Assembly: GCA_963742735.1 (NCBI GenBank)
Contig: CAVUMN010000001.1
Coordinates: 160,001-224,000 of the forward strand
Direction: 5' to 3'
From: an uncultured Actinomycetes bacterium
GTDB taxonomy: Bacteria; Actinomycetota; UBA4738; JBBDTT01
Length of the DNA: 64,000 nucleotides
Made by a program: the position numbers and the translations under genes. Under the pieces are notes generated by a model that was not told the DNA's origin, made no database searches, and saw only the letters and a program-made list of their open reading frames with translations. Every line of letters begins with the position of its first letter. Position 1 is the stretch's first letter. Shown here one piece after another: positions 29,142 through 38,614 of the stretch.

Positions 29142-29633
29142 TTAGGCCAGCTCCGCCTGCGCGTGGCGCGCGGCGTCGCGGAGTGCGCGAACGAACTGCT
29201 CACGATCGCGGCGGAACTCGGCCACGCCGGCGTCGACCGAGCGGGCGATCTCGTCGATCGCCACGAAGAAGGCCATCTGCCCGTTGCGCAGGGCGTCCAG
29301 GACCTCTCCCTCCTTGCGGCAAATCTTGAAGATGCTCACGCCGTCCGTGACGAGCTTCACCTCGGAGAGGTGCTCCTCGAGAGCGGCCCTGCGCTTCAGG
29401 AACTCGTACGCGCGGCGGACGCGCTGCAGCGACATGCCGCCGTCGAGGAGCGACTTCACCACCTTCAGGGAGATGAGGTCGCGGAAGTCGTACAGCCGCC
29501 GGACGCCGGGCCGTCCGCCGGTCTGCTGAACCCCGGGGCGGACCAGCCCGACCTCGTCCCAGTACCGCAGTTGGCGCGGCGTCGCACCGGTAAAACGGGA
29601 AGCCTGATGCGCCGTGAACCCTTCGTTGGACAA
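29142..29633 (-). CDS. MerR family regulator, Rv1830/McdR-like
   Basis: ATPRQLRYWDEVGLVRP...RRLYDFRDLISLKVVKSLLDGGMSLQRVR...LVTDGVSIF...DALRNGQMAF; TTG start at 29633 with AGGAG RBS. Confidence 0.85.
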   Translation of the reverse strand: MSNEGFTAHQASRFTGATPRQLRYWDEVGLVRPGVQQTGGRPGVRRLYDFRDLISLKVVKSLLDGGMSLQRVRRAYEFLKRRAALEEHLSEVKLVTDGVSIFKICRKEGEVLDALRNGQMAFFVAIDEIARSVDAGVAEFRRDREQFVRALRDAARHAQAELA

Positions 29634-29806
29634 CCGCTCGCTCCTGATCCCCAGCTCACGCGGACACGTACACGACACGCGGGAGGCCGGGGGGAAAGCG
29701 GTCCATTTCCCGGTCACCCGAAAGAGGAAGAGTGCTTGTTGTAGACGAACCTGCGCGCGGGCGCAAGGTCGCAGGTCAAGCGGTGTGGCTGCGAGGGGCT
29801 TCGGGA

Positions 29807-30223
29807 CTAGCGGTCCGGGGCGGGGCCTTCGCCCGGCTCACCACCGCGGTTGCCGGGGTTGCCGCGGTTGCCGCGGATCCGTTCGGCGAGCCGGGCCACG
29901 GCGGCCGTGAGCGAATGCCGGCCGCCGGCCAGCGAGCTGAGCTGCTCGCGTCCCAGCTGCTTCAGGTAGTGGTAGACGATCAGGGCCGAGGCGAGCATCA
30001 CCCCGAACCCCGCGATGGCCGCCCACTGTCCCCACGCCCCGACCGGGAACAGCAGGAGCATGACGAACCCGATGATGAACAGCAGCACGCCGAGGCGCGT
30101 GCGCCGCGCGGCGTGCTCGTGGCTCGAGGCGTTCCCGACCGACCGAACGAACCGCGGGTCGTCCTCGGACAGCTTCTTCTCGATCTCCTCGAGGATGCGC
30201 TGTTCGTGCTCGGAAAGCGGCAT
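29807..30223 (-). CDS. DUF3040 membrane protein
   Basis: MPLSEHEQRILEEIEKKLSEDDPRF plus two TM helices; TATAAT -10 and GGAGG RBS upstream. Confidence 0.9.
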   Translation of the reverse strand: MPLSEHEQRILEEIEKKLSEDDPRFVRSVGNASSHEHAARRTRLGVLLFIIGFVMLLLFPVGAWGQWAAIAGFGVMLASALIVYHYLKQLGREQLSSLAGGRHSLTAAVARLAERIRGNRGNPGNRGGEPGEGPAPDR

Positions 30224-30270
30224 GGCTCCTCCCGGCGGGGGTCCCATTATAGGAGCGAGGGCCGATTGAA

Positions 30271-31491
30271 CTAGGGGCCGCTCGCCGTCGCGGGCCCGTC
30301 TCCCGGTTCGGGTCCCTTGCCACGGCGATCTCTACCCAGCAACGCGGCCGGAAACGCCGTCCCCCGGCCGAATCGGCGGTCGATCCGGTCCAGGGCGCCC
30401 TCCGCGTCCCGCCACCGCCCGGCCCGGTACAGGGCGAGCTGCTCCGCCCCCGACTCGACGAGACCCGAGGCGGCGACCCCCAGCAGCCGGATCCGACGGC
30501 GGGCGAACGGCAGAGCCTCGTAGAGCTCGGAACCCACCCGGTGCAGGTCCGCGGCCGAGTCGGTAGCGTCGGGAAGCGTCCGCGACCGGGTGAGCGTCGT
30601 GAAGTTGGACAGGCGGATCTTCAGGGTCACGGTCCGGGCCCGGTAGCCGTCGTCGCGCAGCCGGGCCGCGACGCGGTGCGACAGGCGGAGCACCTCCCGC
30701 AGGACCTCGCGGTCGTCGTCGACGTCGCGCTCGAAGGTCTCCTCGTGCGAGACCGACTTCGGCGCCTCGTAGGGGACCACGGAGCGGTCGTCCCGCCCGC
30801 GAGCGAGCGAGACGAGGTGGCGCGAGGCCTGGTCGCCGAGCACCCGCTCGAGCACGGCCGCGGAGGTCTCGGCGAGCTCGGCCACCGTCCGGATCCCCAG
30901 CCGGAGCAGGACCTCGTGGGTCTTCTCCCCCACACCCCACAGGGCGTCCACCGGCAGGGGATCCAGGAAGGCCCGCACCCCGTCCCGGGGGACCACCAGC
31001 ACGCCGTCCGGCTTCGCGCGCGCGGAGGCCAGCTTCGCCAGGAACTTGTTGGGGGCCACGCCCACCGAGGCCGTCAGGCCGGTCTCGGCGCGGATGCGCT
31101 CACGGACCTGCTCCGCGATGCGGACGGGAGGTCCGAACAGGCGGACCGCGCCGCCGACGTCCAGGAACGCCTCGTCGAGCGAGATCGGCTCCACGATCGG
31201 GGTGAACGAACGCATGATCTCCCGGATCGCCGACGACGCGGCCACGTAGGCTTCGAAGTCGGGCTGGACGAACACCAGGTCGGGGCACAGTCGCCGCGCG
31301 CGGGCCGACGGCATCGCCGAGCGAACCCCGTGGCGTCGGGCCTCGTAGGACGCCGACATCACCACCCCCCGCGCGCCCGAGCCGCCCACCGCCACCGGCT
31401 TTCCCGCCAGGGACGGGTCCTTCAGGGCCTCGACGGACGCGTAGAAGGCGTCCATGTCGACGTGCAGGATCGGTTCGGGGGGACGTCGCAC
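30271..31491 (-). CDS. dinB: DNA polymerase IV (Y family)
   Basis: ILHVDMDAFYASVE, SASYEARRHGVRSAMP, SLDEAFLD, NKFLAKLAS, KPDG, LWGVG; catalytic carboxylates intact; start GTG 31491. Confidence 0.95.
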   Translation of the reverse strand: MRRPPEPILHVDMDAFYASVEALKDPSLAGKPVAVGGSGARGVVMSASYEARRHGVRSAMPSARARRLCPDLVFVQPDFEAYVAASSAIREIMRSFTPIVEPISLDEAFLDVGGAVRLFGPPVRIAEQVRERIRAETGLTASVGVAPNKFLAKLASARAKPDGVLVVPRDGVRAFLDPLPVDALWGVGEKTHEVLLRLGIRTVAELAETSAAVLERVLGDQASRHLVSLARGRDDRSVVPYEAPKSVSHEETFERDVDDDREVLREVLRLSHRVAARLRDDGYRARTVTLKIRLSNFTTLTRSRTLPDATDSAADLHRVGSELYEALPFARRRIRLLGVAASGLVESGAEQLALYRAGRWRDAEGALDRIDRRFGRGTAFPAALLGRDRRGKGPEPGDGPATASGP

Positions 31492-31498
31492 GGGGTCA

Positions 31499-34400
31499 TC
31501 ATCCCCCCGCCGAGCCCCCACTTGAGTGGTAGAGCTTCGTCGTGCCGTCCGGGAGCGCGTCGGTGCCGCTGCCCTCGGCCAGCGCCTCCGCCAGGCGGCC
31601 CTCGTTCCGGGCTCGCTGGAGGGCCGGGAGGTCCCACACCTGTTCGGCGACGACGCTGGCCCCGCCGACCCCGGTCCGGCGCAGCCGGCCCCACACCGCC
31701 AGGACGAACCCATGGAAGACCGTCCGCGCGCACCACGGCTGGACCCGCTCGAAGACCGTGACGTCCACGGGTCCGGTGGCGTCGTCGAGGGTCAGGAAGA
31801 TGATCCGCTGCCCGCTGCGGACCGCCGGCGTCTGGGAGGCGACCTTCACCCCGGCGACCATGACCCACTCGTCTCCCCGTCTGGTCCGCAGGTCCGCCGA
31901 GCGAACCACGCCGAGGTCCTTCAGCAGCGGCGCGTAGAACGACACCAGGTGGCGGGAGGCGTCCACCCGCAGCACCTCGAGCTCGGCGCGGACCCGCTCC
32001 GCGTCGGTGTACTCGCGAAGGCCGGGCGGCTCGGGGTCGGCCTCCAGCGCGAAGGCCAGCTGCTCGTTCTCGCGCGCCGGCGTGTCGGTGACCATCGCCT
32101 GGTACAGCCGGTCCCGTCGCGTCCCGCCGCCGACCGGGTCGAAGCCCCCGGCGTGGGCGATGGCCTCGACCACCGGCCGGGACACGTTCGTCCGGCGCAG
32201 GAAGTCGCCGACGTCGCGGAACGGCCGCTCGGCCCGCGCCTGGAGGATGCTTCGAACCTCGGCGTCGGAGATGCCGTCGACGTCCTTCAGCGCCAGCCGG
32301 ATCCCGTAGCCCTCGCCGATCCGCGACAGGTCGAGCTCCCGGTCCGGACGCGGGCCGGGCTCGGGCGCGACGCGCTCCGCCGTGTAGGCCTCCTCGCTGA
32401 GGTTGACGTCGAGGGGAAGGATCGCCACCCCGTGCTCGCGGGCGTCCTCCACGATCAGGCGGCGCGGATACATGCCGGGCTCGTGGGTGAGCACGCCGGC
32501 CAGGAAGTGCGCCGGGTAGTGCGCCTTCAGCCAGGCGGACTGATAGGTGGGGACGGCGAACGCGGCCGCGTGGGCCTTGCAGAACCCGAACGACGCGAAC
32601 GAGAAGAGCTCCGCCCACAGCTTCTCGGCGGCCGCCATGTCGGCGACGTCGTTGCGCTCGCGAACCCGGCGCAGGAAGTCCTCGCGGATGGCGTCGGTGT
32701 CCTCGGGGTCGTCGTCCAGATGGCGGCGGATGCGGTCGGCCTCGACCAGGTCGTAGCCGGCGACGGCCTGCAGGGTCCGCATGACCTGCTCGTGGTAGAC
32801 GATCACGCCGTGGGTCTCGCCGAGTGCCTCCCGCAGCGCGGGGTGCTGGTAGACCGTCTCCTCCAGGCCGTGGTAGCGGCGGAGGAACGGCGAGACCATG
32901 TCGGACTTCACCGGCCCCGGACGGAACAGCGAGATGTCGACGATGAGGTCCTCCCACCGGGTGGGCTGGAACTTCTGGAGGAGCTCGCGCTGGCCGGGTG
33001 ACTCGATCTGGAAGCAACCCAGTGTCCGCGACGCGCGGATCAGCGACCACGCCCTCGGATCGTCCAGGCCGACGTCGCGTTCCAGATCGAGCTTCTCCCC
33101 TTCCAGGCGGGCCACCTCGTCCAGGCAGTGGCGCATCGTGGACAGCATGCGAACCCCGAGCACGTCGAGCTTCAGCAGGCCGAGGAGCTCGACGTCGTCC
33201 TTGTCCGCCTGGACCATCCGGTAGCCCTGGAACGAGCGCTCCAGCGGGGTGCGCTCGAGGAGGTCGTCCTTGGACAGGACGATCCCGCAGGGGTGCAGCG
33301 CGATGTGGCGGGGGAAGCCGTCGAGCCGCTCGGCCACCCGGAACAGCAGCTCGAGCTGGCCGGCGCCGAGGTTGACGCCCTTGAGCTCCGGGAGACGGTC
33401 CAGGGCCTCGCGGATGTGGTGCGCGGAGATGTGCGGGAACGCCTTCGCGACCACGCCGAGCTCGGACTCGGGGAAGCCGAGGGCCTTGCCGACCTCGCGG
33501 ATCGCGCCCCGGGCGCGGTAGGTGTCGACCATGTTCACGCAGGCGCTGCGGTCCTCGCCGTAGCGGGAGAGGACCATGTCGTAGACATCCTCGCGCCGGG
33601 CGGACTCGACGTCCACGTCGATGTCGGGCAGATCCTCGCGCTGGGGATTGATGAACCGCTCGAACAGCAGGCCGTGGCGGACCGGGTCCACGTCGGAGAT
33701 CCGGGTCAGGTAGCACACCAGCGATCCGGCCGCGGACCCCCGGCAGGCCACTCGGATCCCGATGGCGCGGATGTCGGCGACGATGTCGGCCACGGTCAGG
33801 AAGTACGCCGCGTAGCCCATCCGCTGAATCATCGACAGCTCGTGGTCCAGCCGGTCTCGGACCTCGCGGGTCGGGGTGAGGCCGCGGTCCTCGAACCCCC
33901 GCCAGCACCGCTCGGCCAGGACCGAGCCGGCGCTGCGGCCCCGCGGCGTGGGGAAGTCGGGGAAGTGGATGACCCCGATCCCCAGGTCGAACTCGCACGC
34001 CTCGGCCACCTGGCGGGTCCGGTCGCACAGCGAGAGGTCCCACGCGAACGCGCGGCGCATGGCCTCGTCCGACTTCAGGTAGCCCTCCGTGTTGGTGCGG
34101 CTCACGTGCCGGCCGGAGAGCGGAACGATCTCGCGCATGCACTCCAGGGCGTCGGCCAGGAACGCGTCCTCGGGGACCAGGTAGCGCACGCCGTTGGTGG
34201 CGACCGGCGGCAGGCCGGCCTCCTCGCCGAGGCGCAGGAGCGCGCGGAGCTCGGCCCGGCTGGAGGGCTCCAGGCGGTTGCGGACGGCGACGTGGGCCCA
34301 CTCGCCGAAGGCGTCCCGGTAGGGCCTCGCGGCCTCGACGGCCGCGTCGTGGCGCCCGGCCAGGGCCAATCGGCCGGGAGGCGAGTCCGGGCCGAGGAGG

Positions 34401-34768
34401 GCGACCAGCCCCTCGGGATGGGCCAGGAGCTGCTCCGGGAACAGGTGGGGATCGCCCCGCTCGCCGTTGTGGTGCGCGTCGGTGATGAGCCGGCACAGGT
34501 TCCCGTACCCCGTCGCGTCGCGGGCGAGGAGGACGAGGTCCGCGTCCCTGCGCCCGGTTCGCAGCGTGAGGGTCGAGCCGAGGATCGGCTGCACCCCCGC
34601 CGCCTGGCACGCGTGCACGAAGCGAGCCGCCCCGTAGAGGCCGTCGCGGTCGGTCATCGCCACCTGGCGCATGCCGAGCTCCGCCGCGCGCCGGACGAGG
34701 TCCTCCGGCGAGAACGCTCCGTCCTTCAGCGAGAAGTAGGAGCGAACGTCGAGGTGCACGAAGCCCAT
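31499..34768 (-). CDS. dnaE2: Error-prone DNA polymerase III alpha (DnaE2 type, 1089 aa)
   Basis: Degenerate PHP (HLDVRSYFS, TDRDGLYG), RGSAAGSLVCY, LLFERF, PDIDVD, GFCKAHAAAFA, QRIIFLTLDD OB fold; start ATG 34768. Confidence 0.92.
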   Translation of the reverse strand: MGFVHLDVRSYFSLKDGAFSPEDLVRRAAELGMRQVAMTDRDGLYGAARFVHACQAAGVQPILGSTLTLRTGRRDADLVLLARDATGYGNLCRLITDAHHNGERGDPHLFPEQLLAHPEGLVALLGPDSPPGRLALAGRHDAAVEAARPYRDAFGEWAHVAVRNRLEPSSRAELRALLRLGEEAGLPPVATNGVRYLVPEDAFLADALECMREIVPLSGRHVSRTNTEGYLKSDEAMRRAFAWDLSLCDRTRQVAEACEFDLGIGVIHFPDFPTPRGRSAGSVLAERCWRGFEDRGLTPTREVRDRLDHELSMIQRMGYAAYFLTVADIVADIRAIGIRVACRGSAAGSLVCYLTRISDVDPVRHGLLFERFINPQREDLPDIDVDVESARREDVYDMVLSRYGEDRSACVNMVDTYRARGAIREVGKALGFPESELGVVAKAFPHISAHHIREALDRLPELKGVNLGAGQLELLFRVAERLDGFPRHIALHPCGIVLSKDDLLERTPLERSFQGYRMVQADKDDVELLGLLKLDVLGVRMLSTMRHCLDEVARLEGEKLDLERDVGLDDPRAWSLIRASRTLGCFQIESPGQRELLQKFQPTRWEDLIVDISLFRPGPVKSDMVSPFLRRYHGLEETVYQHPALREALGETHGVIVYHEQVMRTLQAVAGYDLVEADRIRRHLDDDPEDTDAIREDFLRRVRERNDVADMAAAEKLWAELFSFASFGFCKAHAAAFAVPTYQSAWLKAHYPAHFLAGVLTHEPGMYPRRLIVEDAREHGVAILPLDVNLSEEAYTAERVAPEPGPRPDRELDLSRIGEGYGIRLALKDVDGISDAEVRSILQARAERPFRDVGDFLRRTNVSRPVVEAIAHAGGFDPVGGGTRRDRLYQAMVTDTPARENEQLAFALEADPEPPGLREYTDAERVRAELEVLRVDASRHLVSFYAPLLKDLGVVRSADLRTRRGDEWVMVAGVKVASQTPAVRSGQRIIFLTLDDATGPVDVTVFERVQPWCARTVFHGFVLAVWGRLRRTGVGGASVVAEQVWDLPALQRARNEGRLAEALAEGSGTDALPDGTTKLYHSSGGSAGG

Positions 34769-34784
34769 CGGCTGGACCGGCGCG

Positions 34785-35036
34785 TCAGTCCCAGACGCGT
34801 TCGAGATGCCAGCGGCCGGCCTGACGGTCGTGGTAGAGGTCGCACACCGCCCCGCCCTTGGCCTCCAGGCGCCAGTACTCGCGGTCACGGCCGTCGGCCC
34901 ACCAGCGGCCCTCGATCCGCCACCGGCCGATGACGTCGCGGACCTCGTAGCGCCGGTCTCGCCAGGTGAACGCCGCGGGCATCCCGGCATCCCGCTCCAC
35001 CAACACCGTCTCGTCGTACACCTTCGACACCGGCAT
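34785..35036 (-). CDS. DUF6504-like small Trp-rich protein (83 aa)
   Basis: PAAFTWRDRRYEVRDVIGRW...WW...REYWRLE...DLYHD...WHLERVWD; first gene after the SOS box. Confidence 0.82.
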   Translation of the reverse strand: MPVSKVYDETVLVERDAGMPAAFTWRDRRYEVRDVIGRWRIEGRWWADGRDREYWRLEAKGGAVCDLYHDRQAGRWHLERVWD

Positions 35037-35065
35037 CACCCCCGCCAGGAGCGTCCACCCTCCAA

Positions 35066-35081
35066 TCGAACGTATGTTCGA
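35066..35081. promoter_or_regulatory. LexA (SOS) box
   Basis: TCGAAC-GTAT-GTTCGA, a perfect match to the actinobacterial consensus, just downstream of the -10. Confidence 0.93.
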
Positions 35082-35092
35082 CTGGACCTCGC

Positions 35093-35122
35093 AAGGTACC
35101 TCCGCTCCGCGAGCCGTGTCAA
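35093..35122 (-). promoter_or_regulatory. Promoter of DUF6504-dnaE2-dinB
   Basis: TTGACA-18 bp-TACCTT on the minus strand. Confidence 0.75.
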
Positions 35123-35151
35123 GGCCCGGATTCGTCGCTAGGATCGCCCCC

Positions 35152-35655
35152 GTGCCCAGGGCCAGGATCCTCGTCGGAGCGCTCCTCGCGGTGACGCTGC
35201 TCGCCGCCGGATGCGCGGAGCAGGCCGGCCCCGGCGCGGGCGACGACTCCCCGTCCTCCCCCTCCCCCCTGGGGCCGGCGGCGAGCCCGCAGAAGCCGAG
35301 CATCGTCGTCCCCGACGGCCCACCGCCCACCGAGCTCGTGATCCAGGATCTCGTCGAGGGAACCGGCCCCCCCGCGGGGATCGGCAACACGCTGGTGGTC
35401 CACTACGTGGGCGTGGCCTACTCCACCGGCGTGGAGTTCGACGCCTCGTGGGACCGCGGGCAGCCGTTCCCGGTGACCCTCGGCTCGGGCGGGGTCATCC
35501 AGGGGTGGGAGCAGGGCCTCATGGGCATGAAGGCCGGGGGGCGGCGCCAGCTGACCATCCCGCCCGATCTCGCCTACGGCGAGCAGGGGGCGGGGCCGGA
35601 CATCGGCCCCAACGAGACGTTGATCTTCGTAATCGACCTGCTCGAGCTCAGCTAG
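35152..35655 (+). CDS. FKBP-type peptidyl-prolyl isomerase lipoprotein
   Basis: Lipobox LAAGC; VHYVG, FDASWDRGQP, VIQGWEQG, IPPDLAYG, ETLIFVIDL; TAGGAT 7 nt before GTG 35152. Confidence 0.93.
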   Translation: MPRARILVGALLAVTLLAAGCAEQAGPGAGDDSPSSPSPLGPAASPQKPSIVVPDGPPPTELVIQDLVEGTGPPAGIGNTLVVHYVGVAYSTGVEFDASWDRGQPFPVTLGSGGVIQGWEQGLMGMKAGGRRQLTIPPDLAYGEQGAGPDIGPNETLIFVIDLLELS

Positions 35656-35658
35656 GCG

Positions 35659-36627
35659 TCAGAGGAGATCCGCCTCGCGGCTCAGGAAGCCGGTGGCCCC
35701 CAGGAGCACGAGGGCGGCCAGCCACGTCAGGGCGCCGGCGATCATGGCGGCGGCCGTCCCGAAGGTCGTGATGAGCACGCCGATCGCGACCAGCACCAGG
35801 TGCACGCCGACGCACATCGCGAGGACCTCCTTCACCGAGAACCCCCGCCGGAGCAGCTGGTCGTAGAGGTGTTCCCGGTCGGGCTGGAACAGGCGCTCGC
35901 GCCGCAGGGCCCGGCGAACCATCGAGGCCAGCAGGTCGAGCCCGAACAGCCCGAGGCACGTCCCCGCGCCGACGAACGTCGCCGGGTTCCGCGAGAGGAG
36001 CAGGATCGCCACCGCGAGCCCGCCCCCGGCCAGATACGAGCCGGCGTTGCCGAGGAACAGCCGCGCCGGCGGCAGGTTGTAGGGCAGGAACCCGATCGCG
36101 GCGCCGCCGAGGATCAGCGGCAGGACCGCGCTCCGGTCGTGCAGGCTGGCCACGAGGGCCAGCGCGAGCGCGGACAGCGCCGTCGCGCTCGAGGCCAGGC
36201 CGTCCATCCCGTCGACCATGTTCGCCGCGTTCACGGCCCCGGCGAAGACGGCGACCGTCACGATCCACGCGATGACCTGCTGCTCGAACGGGTCGGCCCG
36301 CAGCCCCTGGGCCGCCAGGAGGATCCCGAGGCCCAGCTGCGCCAGGAGCCGGCCGGCCGGGGGCAGACCGATCGTGTCGTCGGCCAGGCCCAGCGCGGCC
36401 AGTCCGAGCAGCGACACCGGCAGCGTCCACGGGAACGGCCATCCCTCGGCGAGGAATCCCGCGGCGACGCCGAGCGCCACCGCCAGGCCTCCCAGGTAGG
36501 AGACCGGCATGGGATGCGGCTTGAGCCCGCCCCTCGGGTTGTCCATCGCCCCCGTGCGTTCCCCGAGCCATCGTGCGACCGGCGCCGTGGCCGCCGAGAT
36601 CGCCAGCGCCACCGCTCCCCCGATCAC
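35659..36627 (-). CDS. WecA/TagO-type polyprenyl-phosphate sugar-1-phosphate transferase
   Basis: YLGG, GLADD, NAANMVDGMDGLA, PARLFLGNAGS, PDREHLY; multi-TM; start GTG 36627. Confidence 0.88.
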   Translation of the reverse strand: MIGGAVALAISAATAPVARWLGERTGAMDNPRGGLKPHPMPVSYLGGLAVALGVAAGFLAEGWPFPWTLPVSLLGLAALGLADDTIGLPPAGRLLAQLGLGILLAAQGLRADPFEQQVIAWIVTVAVFAGAVNAANMVDGMDGLASSATALSALALALVASLHDRSAVLPLILGGAAIGFLPYNLPPARLFLGNAGSYLAGGGLAVAILLLSRNPATFVGAGTCLGLFGLDLLASMVRRALRRERLFQPDREHLYDQLLRRGFSVKEVLAMCVGVHLVLVAIGVLITTFGTAAAMIAGALTWLAALVLLGATGFLSREADLL

Positions 36628-37787
36628 GCCCGGAGGCCCTTCGCGCGCAGCAGCCGGTCGTACACGTCCAGGGTTCGTTCGATGACCAGCTCCTCGTCGA
36701 ACCGCTCCACGGCGCGCGCGCGGCCGGCGATGCCCATGGCCTCGCGCAGGGCCGGGTCCCCGATCAGGCGAGCGACGGCCCGGGCGATCGCCGCGTGGTC
36801 GTGATCGGGGATCAGCAGGCCGGTCACGCCGTCGGCCACCACCTCGCGGCATCCCCGGATGTCCGTGGCCACCACTGGCAGCCCGGTCGACATCGCCTCG
36901 ATCGCGGACCGAGGAACGCCCTCGCGGTACGAGGGCAGGCAGAACACGTCGAAGGCCGAGTAGACCGCCGGCATGTCCTCGCCGTCACCCTCCCCCGCCA
37001 GGACCACGTCCGGTCCCTCCCGGACTCGCTCGAGGAGGGCCGGGTTCAGGCGATCGGCCTTCGACGGGTCCTCGGGACCCACCGCGATGAACAGGGCCTC
37101 CGGATGGGTCCGCCGCACCACGGCCGCCGCCCGGAACAGCTCCCGGTAGCCCTTCTCGGCCACCAGGCGACCGACGGTCCCGACCACGACCCGGCCCTCC
37201 GCGCCCCATGCCGCGCGCAGCTCGGCGACCCGCTTCGGATCCACGGCCGAACGGTCGAAGCGGGCGGTGTCCACCCCGTTGCCGAGCCAGGTGGCTCGCC
37301 GCGCCGGGACGAGCTTGGTCCGAAGGGCCCAGTCGAAGTCCTCCCTGGACTGGAACAGCTCGTGGTCGGAGAACTGCGCCGAGACGCGTTCGGCGCCCCG
37401 GACGACCGTCCGCTTGGCCGCGCCGATGTCGGCGGCGGCGTACAGCCCGTGGACGGTGTTCACGACCACCGGTACGCGGGTCGAGCGGGCGGCCACCCGA
37501 CCCAGCACGCCGGTCTTCGGGTTGTGGGTGTGCACGATCGTGGGGCGCTCGGCCCGGAAGATCCGGCGCAGCTCCCGGAGCGACTGCGCGTCCTGCATGG
37601 GGGTCCACGACCGGGTCAGCGACTCGACCGGCACGTGACGGATGCCCCGGTCCTCGATCTCGGCGACGTACGGCCCGGGGGCGGAGACGCCCACGACGTC
37701 GAACCCCTCCTTCGCGTAGCGCTCGAGCTGGTTCAGCAGGAGCGCCCGCAACGACAGGTCCACGGTGGTGAGGTGGATCAGCTTCAT
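36624..37787 (-). CDS. Glycosyltransferase family 4
   Basis: HTHNPK, NTVHG, GNGVD, GRLVAEKG, PSYREGVPRSAIEAM, TDIRGCRE. Confidence 0.92.
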   Translation of the reverse strand: MKLIHLTTVDLSLRALLLNQLERYAKEGFDVVGVSAPGPYVAEIEDRGIRHVPVESLTRSWTPMQDAQSLRELRRIFRAERPTIVHTHNPKTGVLGRVAARSTRVPVVVNTVHGLYAAADIGAAKRTVVRGAERVSAQFSDHELFQSREDFDWALRTKLVPARRATWLGNGVDTARFDRSAVDPKRVAELRAAWGAEGRVVVGTVGRLVAEKGYRELFRAAAVVRRTHPEALFIAVGPEDPSKADRLNPALLERVREGPDVVLAGEGDGEDMPAVYSAFDVFCLPSYREGVPRSAIEAMSTGLPVVATDIRGCREVVADGVTGLLIPDHDHAAIARAVARLIGDPALREAMGIAGRARAVERFDEELVIERTLDVYDRLLRAKGLRA

Positions 37788-38614
37788 CGCCGGCCTCGCA
37801 GCCGGGCGTAGAGACGGTCCTCGAGGGGCGCCGCGCCGGCCAGGCGGCGGCGGAGGAAGAACACCCCGTCGCTGCGCCGGACGGGCGTGCGCTGCACCCG
37901 CACGCGGTCGAAGGTCTCGGCCACGGTCTTCGGGCCCTCGCCCCCGAGGGCCCAGCGGTAGTTCGCGCCGACCAGCTCGGGGTGCCCCACGATCGCCCGG
38001 GGATACGCGAACAGCTCGGTCGACACGCCGAGGCGCTCCAGGATCACGGCCTTGGACTCGAGGAGCTCGCCCTCGGCCGTGACGGCGTCGATCCGGTCGA
38101 AGTCCGGGTGCGTCACCGTGTGGGAGCCGACCTCGACCAGCCCCGTGGCCAGCATCGCCCGGACGTCGTCCCAGGCGAGGGGGGCCGCCGGGGCGCCGCT
38201 CCGATCCGCGCCGGGGCTGATCGGTGGCGGGATGTCTCCGTCCAGGAACCCCGTCGCCAGGAACAGCGTCGAGGGGATCTCTCGCTCGCGCAGGAGCGGC
38301 CAGGCGTGCTCGTGCACGTCGGCGTACCCGTCGTCGAAGGTCACCGCGACCAGGTCCCGGTAGACCGTGCCGGCCTCCAGGCGCTCGAGCCCGTCGCGCA
38401 GCCGCACCAGCTCGAACCGCTCGGTGAGCAGGTCGAGGTGGCGGGCGAAGGTCGCCGAGGGCAGGTCCATCTCGGCCTGCATCCCGGCGCCGACGCGGTG
38501 GTAGATCAGCGCGTAGAGCCCCGGTCGGCGTTCGCGCCTGGCCACGGCGGCCGGCAACAGGGCCAGCTTCACACCGCGTTTGGCCAGGCTTACGAGCGCG
38601 AGACGGAAGCCCAC
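37784..38614 (-). CDS. Polysaccharide deacetylase (CE4/NodB-like)
   Basis: LIYHRV, VTFDDGY, TLFLATG, GSHTVTHP, FAYP; start approximate. Confidence 0.88.
   Translation of the reverse strand: MGFRLALVSLAKRGVKLALLPAAVARRERRPGLYALIYHRVGAGMQAEMDLPSATFARHLDLLTERFELVRLRDGLERLEAGTVYRDLVAVTFDDGYADVHEHAWPLLREREIPSTLFLATGFLDGDIPPPISPGADRSGAPAAPLAWDDVRAMLATGLVEVGSHTVTHPDFDRIDAVTAEGELLESKAVILERLGVSTELFAYPRAIVGHPELVGANYRWALGGEGPKTVAETFDRVRVQRTPVRRSDGVFFLRRRLAGAAPLEDRLYARLRGRR

Noticed and set aside
29843-29877. 9-bp tandem repeat (CCGCGGTTG-like) in the DUF3040 tail
   Set aside because: A short in-frame low-complexity repeat (RGN/PGN); not CRISPR-like and not frame-switching.
30271-31491. Y-family gene next to dnaE2 as imuB
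   Set aside because: The catalytic DMDAFY and SLDE residues are intact, so this is an active DinB, not the inactive ImuB.
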